Source: Candidatus Poribacteria bacterium (GTDB taxonomy: Bacteria > Poribacteria > WGA-4E > JAJDTR01). Taken from it: a stretch of 64,000 bases of DNA. The first letter of the stretch is position 1. Every line of letters starts with the position of its first letter. The notes below the pieces were generated by a model, which saw nothing but the letters and a program-made list of their open reading frames with translations, did no database searches and was not told the DNA's origin. The DNA lies in assembly GCA_965222225.1 (NCBI GenBank), contig CBDCTK010000002.1, positions 736,001-800,000 on the forward strand, written 5' to 3'. The translations under genes and the position numbers were made by a program. Below, in pieces: positions 48,691 to 58,541 of this stretch.

Positions 48691-49089
48691 ATGAAGATGC
48701 TAACCTATTGCTCGCCCGTATGTCTCTTAATCTCTTCCTTGATTGCCCTTTCAGGTTGCGGGATATCCCCCGATAAGGTCTCGGTAAATCAATACAATGA
48801 CTTCGGGGTTCGATCCGCGGAATCCAAGCTTTGGAACGAGGCGATCTTTCGCTGGAATCAGGTTCTTGACATTGATCCGCGGAATGCCAAGGCACACAAT
48901 AATCTCGGCGTCGCCTTTGAGGCATTGGGAAAGATTGACGAGGCACTGGAATCGTATAAACGTGCGACAGAATTAGATTCGAACAGCAAATATTACCGAT
49001 TTAACTACCGAAAGTGTCGCCTGCAGGTGGAGCGTAATAAGAGTGATCCGGCTGCCGAGAGCGATGGGGAAGAGGAACGAACGGAGTAA
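48691..49089 (+). CDS. TPR lipoprotein
   Basis: Lipobox LSGC; TPR motifs W.EA..W..VL.IDP.NAKAHNNLGVA.EALG. ATG 48691 follows GAGGA. Confidence 0.85.
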   Translation: MKMLTYCSPVCLLISSLIALSGCGISPDKVSVNQYNDFGVRSAESKLWNEAIFRWNQVLDIDPRNAKAHNNLGVAFEALGKIDEALESYKRATELDSNSKYYRFNYRKCRLQVERNKSDPAAESDGEEERTE

Positions 49090-49159
49090 GGTTGTATCCT
49101 TTTCGACTTGGAATCGGACTGGGCATGAATAGGTTTCGTAATCTCGATATGAGGGTAAA

Positions 49160-49867
49160 ATGGGTAGTCGCACTGCCTTAATCTTAGTACTCTTGGCGAT
49201 ATTTAGTGGGTGTGGAAGATTTATTTCACGAGTCACGATACCCATCCAAGTTGATTCTGAAATTGACACCAATCGATTTTCAAGTTTTGCTGTTTTACCG
49301 TTTGTGAAGGACAAATCCGAAGATGCGTCGGACAACGTAGACATAGGGGATGAGATTTCGGATACCATGCGACGTAGGATTGGGAGACATAAAAACTACA
49401 ACGTCGTGGGTAGTCAAGAAACTGACCGATTGATGACAGGAGAAACCATTGATGTCGAGTTTCTAACCGATATGGATCGTCTTACACGGCTGGGAGGTTA
49501 TTTCGAGGTAGATGGGCTTATCACAGGAAGCTACAAATATTCTAGAGTCAACCAACCCAAGACTTATTACGGAGAACATTATTCTCCTACGCTAAGGCAA
49601 TACGTGATGGCTCATCAGGATTATATACAGCGAATATATATTTTGGCGCTAAGGGTGATAATTGTAGATGTTAATTCAGAAAAGATTGTCTGGAATGAAA
49701 AGTATGAACGTACCGCTGTTGAAAATCATGCTTTAGGGTCTTTTCTTGTTTCGCAGATTACACCGCGGGATACTATCTTGAAGTCACTCACTAAGCAAGC
49801 CGTCTCAGAATTTACCCGTCGGATTGCACCACATTATGAGACGGAAGTAAGGTTTTTAGTCAAGTAG
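49160..49867 (+). CDS. Lipoprotein with CsgG/LpoB/TolB-N-like fold
   Basis: Lipobox FSGC; AVLPF, LGGYF.VDGLITG and IVDV....IVW motifs. Confidence 0.75.
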   Translation: MGSRTALILVLLAIFSGCGRFISRVTIPIQVDSEIDTNRFSSFAVLPFVKDKSEDASDNVDIGDEISDTMRRRIGRHKNYNVVGSQETDRLMTGETIDVEFLTDMDRLTRLGGYFEVDGLITGSYKYSRVNQPKTYYGEHYSPTLRQYVMAHQDYIQRIYILALRVIIVDVNSEKIVWNEKYERTAVENHALGSFLVSQITPRDTILKSLTKQAVSEFTRRIAPHYETEVRFLVK

Positions 49868-49925
49868 TCAAGCCGAATATGCTGAAGAGGAAAACTTGGA
49901 ACGTTATCTATACGGAGGCAACACG

Positions 49926-52832
49926 ATGAAGGGATTGTCGATAGGAATACAGCACCGGTTTAGCCTCCGGATTGAAACTCGGTGGGCAGCCCTAACTTTC
50001 ATCCTTCTCTGCATCGTCTGCTTGGAATTTGATCCGCTCAGTTCGCGAAAAGGATGGGCACAAGGGTTCGGGAAGAACAAGGTCACCGATCAACATTTCG
50101 ATTGGTTGATCCATCGGACAGAACACTTTCACATATACTATTATCCTGCGGAGGCACAGCTAGTGCCAATCATGGCGGATATTGCCGAAGAGGCATACGA
50201 AAAACATAGTGAAGACTTCGAACATGAGATTGCAGATCGAACACCGCTTATTCTCTATCAGTCGCACAAAGATTTTCAAGAAACGAACATCATTCTCCAA
50301 GAACTCCATGAGGGCATCGGCGGGTTCGCAGAGATTTTCAAGAGGCGGGTGGTGATTCCATTTACAGGGTCAATGGAAGCGTTTCGCGAGGTAATTTTTC
50401 ATGAGTTGGTTCACATCTTTCAATACGACATTATCTACCAAAAACCAACCGCTCGCATTTATAGCGGCGAATTCCTATATTCCGCACCAATCTGGTTCAT
50501 TGAGGGAAGTGCGGATTATTTCGCCGAAGACAACGATGCTATCGGCGAGATGGTATTGCGAGACGCGAGCGTTCACAATCGGATAGTCCCCCTAGTGCAC
50601 TTGCATAACTTTCGAATCCTTGGGGCGCAAGCTTTTCTAGGCTACAAGATGGGACAACTAGCGATAAAATACTTGGCTGAAACATACGGTCGCGAGAAGG
50701 TTGGGGAGATTATGCAGGAGTTGCGGCAGAGCCGAACCAAAGATTTGAATGAAGCGTTTCAGAATGTGCTGGAAATAAGCCTTGAAGAGTTTGACGAAGA
50801 TTGGCGTCGCACAGTGAAAAAGAAATATTGGCCGATGATTGAGCACCGAGATTTGCCCGACGCCGTGTCCAAGAATTTGACAGAAAAATCACGCTATTCA
50901 CATAACGTAAAACCGGTTTGGTCTCCGAGTGGCGACCTTATCGCGTATGTTACCGGGAATGAAGGTTTTGGCGAAATCGTCCTGATGTCCGCGAAGACGG
51001 GCGAGAGGATGGATAGAATTAGCAATCAATTTTTCGGAAGCAAATATGAAGAGATTCGTAGCGATGGACGAGCGCTTGCTTGGTCGCCGGATGGCAATCG
51101 TATCGCATTCATCGGAAAACATCGCGGCTCCGATTACTTTCTTGAGATAAACATCCTAAACAAACGGTTAACGCGTCGCATCAAGCTGGACTTTGACGCA
51201 GCTTCTTCACCCTCCTATGACGGTAGCGGCGAGCGGGTGGTTTTTTCTGCCATGAAGGACACACAGGCAGATCTTTACATCCTTGAATGTGCTACGGGTG
51301 AAATGGTTCCCTTGACGAACGATCGCTTTAACGATACGCATCCGGCTTGGAATCCAACACGTGAAGAGATTATCTATTCGTCTGAACGGGAAGGAAAGTC
51401 CAAGCTAATCGTCATTGATGTTATCCGACGGACACAACGGCAACTGACCCATGACAACTATGGCTCTGTAAGTCCAAATTGGTCGCCAAGCGGAGAGGAG
51501 GTCATCTTCTGCACCGACATACGAGGTGTATATGACATTTATACGATAAAGTCTGACGGTACGGAGCTTACTCGGTGGACCAACATTATGACGGGTTGTT
51601 TCAATCCCAGTTTCTCGCCGGACCGTAAGAGTATTGTGTTCGCGGCATATCAGAATGGCAAACAAGATATCTATCTCATGGAAACAGATAAAGCAATCAA
51701 TGAGAAGATAGATATGCCTCCAGTGGAATTGCGTCCTGTAGCTCTAGAAGCCAATGAAGAGCGAGAACATCGGATTTCCAGAAGAAAATACGGTCCCAAA
51801 GTTGCTCTGGATGCGATATTTACAGATTTTAACTTGGGTGCGGATGGCCTTCTGCGTAATACGACGGAGCTTATTGCCAGTGATATGATGGGAAATCATC
51901 GCTTGGGCTTGAGTGTGGCGAATCAATCGGGTTTTGTCGCGCCCGATTTCATTGCGCGCTACGGGTATCTTTCACGCCGTGCCGATATTGGCGCGGCAAT
52001 ATTCAATTACCATCAATATCATGTGTTGGGCTCGACGCGCAATCGAAGGGGTTTGCTGCAACGAACCACCGGGTTGATGGGTTATTTCAGCTATCCTTTT
52101 AATCGCTACAGGCGTATTGATTTTCAGACTTTGTTCTATTCCACGCCGTTCACTTACAACTTCGAGACCAATCGTACCTTCGACGACGGTCGTGGATTTC
52201 TTATGCTCGGCACAGTTTCTTTCGTGAACGACACCACAAGGTGGAGGGAATTCGGTCCGCATACCGGCGCACGTTACCGGTTCGCTCTTGAAAAATCATT
52301 TCGCGACCTTGGCAGCGACTTAGATCTTATCAATGTCATTTTCGATGGACGGCGGTATTTCAAACTGGGGAGACGATCGACATTGGCAACACGCCTATTC
52401 TTGGGGGGCAGTTTTGGTGAGGATCAATCTCTGCTCTATCTTGGCGGTATTGATTCTCTCCGAGGCTACCGATATGAGGAGCTTGTTGGCACGCGCATGG
52501 GATTACTCAATTTTGAAGTGCGCATCCCGTTCATTGACGAACTGCGTTTCGGTTGGCCTTTCGCATGGGCGATCGGTGGCATTCGAGGAATCATATTTGC
52601 GGATTTTGGTACTGTTTGGTCGGATAACGAATTCAATTCCGAGAATAGATATCACGTTTTACGACGTGACGGGAATTGGTACCGTCTTGACGATGTAAAA
52701 GGAACGATTGGCATCGGACTACGTCTGCAACTGGGTTTGTTTTCACTGGATCTCGCCGCAGCACGGCGTACAGACTTGGCAAGTGTAAATCCGGAAGTTA
52801 GGTACCACTTCGGATTGGGCCGAGCGTTTTAA
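49926..52832 (+). CDS. Zn-metallopeptidase (MA-like) / PD40 beta-propeller / Omp85 (BamA/TamA) barrel fusion
   Basis: QGFGKNKV, HELVH (HExxH) with WFIEG.A, repeated P.WSP.G motifs, LGG.DSLRGY, FADFG.VW, G.G.GLR and a C-terminal Phe. Confidence 0.88.
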   Translation: MKGLSIGIQHRFSLRIETRWAALTFILLCIVCLEFDPLSSRKGWAQGFGKNKVTDQHFDWLIHRTEHFHIYYYPAEAQLVPIMADIAEEAYEKHSEDFEHEIADRTPLILYQSHKDFQETNIILQELHEGIGGFAEIFKRRVVIPFTGSMEAFREVIFHELVHIFQYDIIYQKPTARIYSGEFLYSAPIWFIEGSADYFAEDNDAIGEMVLRDASVHNRIVPLVHLHNFRILGAQAFLGYKMGQLAIKYLAETYGREKVGEIMQELRQSRTKDLNEAFQNVLEISLEEFDEDWRRTVKKKYWPMIEHRDLPDAVSKNLTEKSRYSHNVKPVWSPSGDLIAYVTGNEGFGEIVLMSAKTGERMDRISNQFFGSKYEEIRSDGRALAWSPDGNRIAFIGKHRGSDYFLEINILNKRLTRRIKLDFDAASSPSYDGSGERVVFSAMKDTQADLYILECATGEMVPLTNDRFNDTHPAWNPTREEIIYSSEREGKSKLIVIDVIRRTQRQLTHDNYGSVSPNWSPSGEEVIFCTDIRGVYDIYTIKSDGTELTRWTNIMTGCFNPSFSPDRKSIVFAAYQNGKQDIYLMETDKAINEKIDMPPVELRPVALEANEEREHRISRRKYGPKVALDAIFTDFNLGADGLLRNTTELIASDMMGNHRLGLSVANQSGFVAPDFIARYGYLSRRADIGAAIFNYHQYHVLGSTRNRRGLLQRTTGLMGYFSYPFNRYRRIDFQTLFYSTPFTYNFETNRTFDDGRGFLMLGTVSFVNDTTRWREFGPHTGARYRFALEKSFRDLGSDLDLINVIFDGRRYFKLGRRSTLATRLFLGGSFGEDQSLLYLGGIDSLRGYRYEELVGTRMGLLNFEVRIPFIDELRFGWPFAWAIGGIRGIIFADFGTVWSDNEFNSENRYHVLRRDGNWYRLDDVKGTIGIGLRLQLGLFSLDLAAARRTDLASVNPEVRYHFGLGRAF

Positions 52833-52884
52833 GACTTAAAGATTGAACAGCCCGTTTCAATCTTCAGCTCAAGAAAGGAAAAAT

Positions 52885-55800
52885 ATGGATTCACGTTACA
52901 ATCGATTGATTGTTCTCATTGCCATACTCGCTGCAATTGGCGTGTTGGTTGCCATCTTTGTGAAAATCTATCCAGACCTACTATGGTTTGGTGTTGTAGG
53001 TTATGGCTCGGTATACAAGAAGATTCTGCTTACAAAAGTGTTCTTAGGGGTTGGTATTGGCAGTTTCTTTCTTTTTGTTACTTTGCTTAACGTCTATCTG
53101 TTGTATCGCTTAACTCCTAGTCGGCTTAGCCGGACGGTTATGGAGAGTATTCCGATAAGAGGAGAGGCTGATTTCGATCTGCGTCGGCTAATCTATGGCG
53201 TATTAACACTCTTGGCGATAGGGTTTAGCCTCCTGATGGGCTATGCGGCGACAGATCGATGGGAGCCTTTTCTGCGGTATTCAAATGCCGAGGGACTCAC
53301 TTTTCAGAATGCCACGCGGCTCGTTGAACCGGTTAGCCGTGATGCTACCGAGTTACACATTGCCGAACTGGAACTAAAAGCCAAAGGCATGCGAGTTGGG
53401 GACTCGGTTGTGATTCAAGATACAGGCGGAAAGGCGACTGCAAGCATCCAATCCATTCAGGTTCAAGGCGATGGCGTTGCAAAAATCCAATTGGAGAGCC
53501 CCGTAGGATTCGATGTAACGACAAATGCGACGCTGATGGCAGCAGCACGCGATCCGATTTTTCAGAAGGATGTCAGCTATTATGTTTTCAGGATGCCCCT
53601 TGAACGCTTCATCATTGGGAATCTGTTTGGATTGTTCATGTTGTTGACCTTCTTTTCTGTCGCCATTTACTTTTTTCACGGTCTGCTCATCGGCGATAAC
53701 AATCGTCTTGCCCCGCCGCCCCGGGTTAAAGTTCATCTCCTGACACTTGGTGCATTGACACTGATATTTCGCGGCTTGAACTATCGTTTTGCAATGTATG
53801 ATTTGCTCTACACGACGAATGATGTTGTGCGCGGTGGTGGTGGATACGCCGCAATACACGCCCGCCTACCGCTATTGAAAATCCTCTTGGTACTTTCACT
53901 CATTTGCGCCGGGATTTTTCTGGTTAGCATTTTCCTAAAGCGACTCAGATATGCTTTCGGAGCGTTTGGAATCTTTCTGCTCGTCGGTCTGATTGGACAA
54001 GTCTATCCGACTGTAGTGCAGAAATGGCGCGTTGAACCGAACAAACAGGAACTTGAGACAGAATACATCAACTACAATATCAAGGCAACACTGCATAGCT
54101 ACCATCTGGAAGAGAATAGGGTTACGGAAGAGGAATATCCCTTGACTGGTGAACTCTCGTACGAAAGCGTTAGAAATCAGGAAAACGCCGCGGTAATGAA
54201 CAGTATTCGACTTTGGGATGAACGCCCCATCCAGCGGACTTTCCGACAGTTGCAGGAATTGCGCTCACAATACGATTTTCATAGCGTGGACATTGATCGG
54301 TACTCAGTAGACGGTTCGCCGCGTCAAGTAATGTTATCCGTACGAGAATTGAACATAAACGAACTTCCGCACGCCGTTCGGAACGATTGGTTTAAGCGCA
54401 CCTATGTATTCACCCATGGATATGGGGCTGTGATGAGTCCCGTTAACGAGATTCTTGATGGAAAACCGAAAATGTATGTTGGGGATATAGATCCGATTGA
54501 CTATGAGCCCGAGTGGGATTATCGATTCGGTGAAAACCCGGGACCTCGGATCTACTATGGAGAACGCACGAATCATTATATTATCGTGCATCCGGGACGT
54601 AAGGAAGAGTTGGAATTTGATTACCCGACATCATTTGGTGAAGATTTTGCCAAGTATGCGTACCAAGGAATGGGAGGTGTTGAACTCTCCTCCTTTTGGC
54701 GCAGGTTTGTATATATGCTGAAGTTTGGTAATGAGTTCAAGTTCGTTCTTCCGGGGGCGATTGAGTCCAATAGTCGCGTACTCTATCATCGCAACATCAA
54801 GGAGCGAGTCAAAAAAATTGCGCCTTTCCTTCAGTATGATGGCGACCCATATGCAATCGTCCATGACGGCAAATTGGTCTGGATGCTTGATGCCTATACG
54901 ACCACACATCGGTATCCGTATTCGGCGCCGATGCAACATGCATTACGCGCCGAAATTGCCGAACAGCGCGGCAGACGTGCTGCCGGTCGGATTCAAGGCG
55001 GTGAAAAACCCTGGGGGAATTACATCCGCAATGCAGTAAAGGTTGTGGTTGATGCTTATGACGGCAGCATAGAATTTTATGTCATGGAGCGGGAAAAAGA
55101 TCCGATTGTCACATGTTATCGCAGTATTTTTCCTGATTTGTTCAAGCCTTTTGACATGATGTCAGACGCACTCAAAAGACATATCCGCTACCCGACCACA
55201 ATGTTTCTCATTCAGGCGCGGATGTATCAGGATTATCACATGAAGGATCCGATCACATTCTACGCAAGCGAGGATCAGTGGGAAATTGGGAAGGAACTTT
55301 ACGACAATACGGAACGTCAACGTCCTCCGCAGGCTCAGATGCCATCAAGCCCGTTCGCCCCGCGTCAGCCAAGCTTGCCTGAAACTATCACGAATGTTCA
55401 GGAGGTGGCGCCCTATTATGTAATTATCAAGTTGCCGGGCGAGGAACGGGCTGAATTCATGCTTATGTTGCCGTTTACACCCAAGAACAAACCTAACCTA
55501 ACGGCTTGGTTCGCGGCCCGATGCGACCTTCCACAATACGGACAACTGTTAGTTTATCGGTTTCCGAAGGGAAAACTCGCGCCCGGACCAATGCAAGTCG
55601 AGAACTTCATTAGCCAAGAACCTGAAATCTCCCAGCAGATTTCATTGTGGGACAGTCAGGGTTCACGCGTGCTCCGTGGTAATCTGCTGATTATCCCGAT
55701 GAATGAATCTATCCTCTATGTAGAACCCATCTATATCCAGGCGGAGGATGCCGCAACGGCGATTCCCGAGTTACGGAGGGTGGTCATAGGGTACAAGGAG

Positions 55801-56097
55801 AAGGTGGCTTGGGGAAAGACCCTTGATGAAGCGCTGATTAACATATTCGGAAAAAGTCTGGCGTCTGCTATAGGTGGTTCCGTCACATCTGAGGATGGCT
55901 CCAACATCATGCGTGTAGACGTGCCAACGTCTAGTAAGACATCCGCTCGCGATTTAGTAAACTCGGCGAGCCAACACTTTGAATCGGCGCAGAAGGCTCT
56001 ACGCGATGGAAATTGGTCGGAGTATGGCAGACATCTGAATCTATTGGAGCAGACTTTGAAGCAACTGGAAGCGAATACACAGAAAGGAGGTGAATAG
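52885..56097 (+). CDS. UPF0182 family membrane protein
   Basis: LWF..VGY, DPIF.KD.SYYVF, IRLWD, DIDRY, THGYG, PRIYYGE, D.DPY, NYIRN, DAYDG, PYY and LYVEPIY motifs. Confidence 0.93.
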   Translation: MDSRYNRLIVLIAILAAIGVLVAIFVKIYPDLLWFGVVGYGSVYKKILLTKVFLGVGIGSFFLFVTLLNVYLLYRLTPSRLSRTVMESIPIRGEADFDLRRLIYGVLTLLAIGFSLLMGYAATDRWEPFLRYSNAEGLTFQNATRLVEPVSRDATELHIAELELKAKGMRVGDSVVIQDTGGKATASIQSIQVQGDGVAKIQLESPVGFDVTTNATLMAAARDPIFQKDVSYYVFRMPLERFIIGNLFGLFMLLTFFSVAIYFFHGLLIGDNNRLAPPPRVKVHLLTLGALTLIFRGLNYRFAMYDLLYTTNDVVRGGGGYAAIHARLPLLKILLVLSLICAGIFLVSIFLKRLRYAFGAFGIFLLVGLIGQVYPTVVQKWRVEPNKQELETEYINYNIKATLHSYHLEENRVTEEEYPLTGELSYESVRNQENAAVMNSIRLWDERPIQRTFRQLQELRSQYDFHSVDIDRYSVDGSPRQVMLSVRELNINELPHAVRNDWFKRTYVFTHGYGAVMSPVNEILDGKPKMYVGDIDPIDYEPEWDYRFGENPGPRIYYGERTNHYIIVHPGRKEELEFDYPTSFGEDFAKYAYQGMGGVELSSFWRRFVYMLKFGNEFKFVLPGAIESNSRVLYHRNIKERVKKIAPFLQYDGDPYAIVHDGKLVWMLDAYTTTHRYPYSAPMQHALRAEIAEQRGRRAAGRIQGGEKPWGNYIRNAVKVVVDAYDGSIEFYVMEREKDPIVTCYRSIFPDLFKPFDMMSDALKRHIRYPTTMFLIQARMYQDYHMKDPITFYASEDQWEIGKELYDNTERQRPPQAQMPSSPFAPRQPSLPETITNVQEVAPYYVIIKLPGEERAEFMLMLPFTPKNKPNLTAWFAARCDLPQYGQLLVYRFPKGKLAPGPMQVENFISQEPEISQQISLWDSQGSRVLRGNLLIIPMNESILYVEPIYIQAEDAATAIPELRRVVIGYKEKVAWGKTLDEALINIFGKSLASAIGGSVTSEDGSNIMRVDVPTSSKTSARDLVNSASQHFESAQKALRDGNWSEYGRHLNLLEQTLKQLEANTQKGGE

Positions 56098-56098
56098 A

Positions 56099-56380
56099 AT
56101 GGGATTGGATTGGAAACCACGCCATCGGGATACGCTTATCGGAGACATTTCTTGGTTGGCACGAATTACTGACAAGGCAAACGCCAAGTTAGCCGGTACA
56201 ATCGGTGATTACATTTACCCGTGACCGGCAGACAAAAAGTTCCTGGAGGAACACAAGATAAGTGCTGAAGCATTCGTTGAGATGGTGAAGAAAAATCCTT
56301 CGGACGTTGAAATGATTGCAGCGATGAAGTCGCTCAACAAGCCATCAAAGAAGGGCAAGTCGAAGAGCCGTAAATCCTGA
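56099..56380 (+). CDS. DUF5069-like protein with in-frame TGA (candidate selenoprotein, 93 aa)
   Basis: Not in the ORF track. AAGGAGGTGA SD before ATG. MGLDWKPRHRDTLIGDISWLARITDKANAKLAGTIGDYIYP-U(TGA 56222)-PADKKFLEEHKISAEAFVEMV...; family similarity continues past the TGA; hairpin at 56239-56252. Confidence 0.75.
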
Positions 56381-56528
56381 TGAGACAGCCGTAATGCGTG
56401 AAAGCTTACCATGCGGGTCCAATGAATAAAATCAAGTCGTTTATCATTCACTCGACTAAACTAGTATCGGGTTTTATCCCTCATGATTCATGCATTACGT
56501 CTCTCCTATTCTATGGGAGATTCTATTA

Positions 56529-57614
56529 TTGGAATTAGAAACTTTCCGAGATCAGTTGGATGAGATTGACAATCGGATATTGCTCCTGCTGCACAATCGC
56601 GCCGAGGTGGTACGTAAAGTTGGGCAACTCAAAGCGAAAGCAGGCGTGGAAAACGTCTATGTTCCTCACCGAGAGACAGAAATTCTTGCTCGGTTGCGGG
56701 CAACGAATCGCAACTACTTTCCCGCGGATGCATTGGACACAATTTTTTCCGAGATAATTTCCGCATGTCGGTCATTGGAGAGACGTTTACGGGTAGCTTT
56801 TCTAGGTCCCGCAGGGAGTTTCGGTCATGCGGCGGCTCTTCGACATTTTGGTTCGTCGGTTGATTTCACTCCAACAATGGATCAAACCGATGTATTTGTG
56901 GAGGTTGAATCGGGCGGAGCGGATTACGGCGTCGTTGCCATAGAGAACTCATCGAGAGGGACAGTCCGCGACGTATTAGAGATGTTTGAAGTTACGACGT
57001 TACAAATCTGCGCAGAGGTGATTTTGCCGATTGACCAGAACCTACTTTCTAATACTTCAAAGGAGCAAATCACTAAAGTTTATTCGCACCCACAGCCGTT
57101 TGCGCAATGCCGAGAGTGGTTGCGCCAAAATCTAAGGGGTGTGCGGCAGATTGAAGTCGCAAGCACATCGGAAGCCGCACACTTGGCGGCGGCAGAGGAA
57201 GACGCCGCGGCTATAGCCAGCAGGCTCGCCGCTGAAATCTATGGCTTGCGAATTGTCGATGAGTCAATCATGGACAGTTCGAACAATATAACGCGCTTCC
57301 TCGTGATTGGACGACATACTGCGAAGAGAAGCGGTCAAGATCGTACGTCAGTTTTTATTGCCATCCAAGACAGAGTTGGCGCTCTTTACGAAGTGTTGAC
57401 GGTTCTACAGAAGCACCAAATTAATATGAGCAAGATTGAATCAATGCCAGCCCAGACAAAGCCGTGGGAGTACGTGTTTTACGTCGATTTGGATGGACAT
57501 ATCGAAGATGTTAACGTACAGGCAGCGCTGCCAGAGCTTGAAGCATTGTGCATGCATGTCAAGCTGCTAGGTTCCTATGCCCGTGGCGCATCGCCACAGG
57601 ACAAATCGACCTAG
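56529..57614 (+). CDS. pheA: Chorismate mutase / prephenate dehydratase (P-protein)
   Basis: CM domain (R..LD.ID..IL.LL..R) plus FLGPAGSF, IENS, SHPQPFAQC, NITRF, KIES.P and WEYVFYVD motifs. TTG 56529 preferred. Confidence 0.95.
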   Translation: MELETFRDQLDEIDNRILLLLHNRAEVVRKVGQLKAKAGVENVYVPHRETEILARLRATNRNYFPADALDTIFSEIISACRSLERRLRVAFLGPAGSFGHAAALRHFGSSVDFTPTMDQTDVFVEVESGGADYGVVAIENSSRGTVRDVLEMFEVTTLQICAEVILPIDQNLLSNTSKEQITKVYSHPQPFAQCREWLRQNLRGVRQIEVASTSEAAHLAAAEEDAAAIASRLAAEIYGLRIVDESIMDSSNNITRFLVIGRHTAKRSGQDRTSVFIAIQDRVGALYEVLTVLQKHQINMSKIESMPAQTKPWEYVFYVDLDGHIEDVNVQAALPELEALCMHVKLLGSYARGASPQDKST

Positions 57615-58541
57615 TTTAAGAGGGTAAAAACCTCCACCTGCACTAACGGTCCATGAACGACAGAAGTGTCGGGAGGCCCGGAGACCTCCGGCCCGGTCGT
57701 GTCGCGCCGATTCGACAAAGCCTACATTTTCCAAATTCTAGCCCCATAGATTTTACCCTTGCCAAAATCATTACTATGCTTAGACATTGTAAAACCGCGC
57801 TGCAAGCGCAATCGCGTTTACTAAACTGTGTGTGATTATCGACGGAATCAGCGAGCGCGTGCGATGAAACAGCAGTGCTACAACCACGCCAAAAACAAAC
57901 GATGGAATAAACTGAATCACTCCTCCGTGAAAAATAGCATAGAAAAGGGCACTTAATGTGATACCTGCAGAATAACCAAATCGACGGGCGAAAGCGGAAT
58001 ATCCAATTCCTCTATAAAATACTTCGTAAGCAATTGGCGAAAGAACTATTGAAACGAAAGCGATAAGAATTATCGAAGCATCGAAATCTTCGGGCAGGTA
58101 CGCGGATTCTTGGTCGCGTTCCCATTGAACAAGGTTTTCCAAGGATGCAAAGGAGGTCCAACGACTAACTTGTAATATGACGTGGACGGTAGATTCAGAG
58201 AAGAGGAATAGCAGCGGCGCAAGCACCAATGGAAGGGCGATTTGGCGATAACTAAACGTGAATTGAAGACCAATCGAGTTGAGGCGTCCGAGATACCGGG
58301 CCGTGATACAGTGGAAACACAACCAAATGAGCGCATTTGCCGCAATGAGCTCAATGGTCCAAAATTGAGAAGGTGAGAGCGTTGTGATATCAACTACTTC
58401 AGTAAGTAGGTCCGATCCATCTCTAATCAGAAATATGATATAGAGACATAACCTGTGAACTAGGAGTGCAGCCAAAGAAATGACCATTACGTCTGACGGT
58501 TCAGGATATCCATGTAGCCGTAGAACAGTTTCCTCTCTAGT

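Noticed and set aside
56215-56451. 78-aa minus-strand ORF from the track
   Set aside because: Antisense shadow of the DUF5069-like gene, which has the SD and the family motifs.
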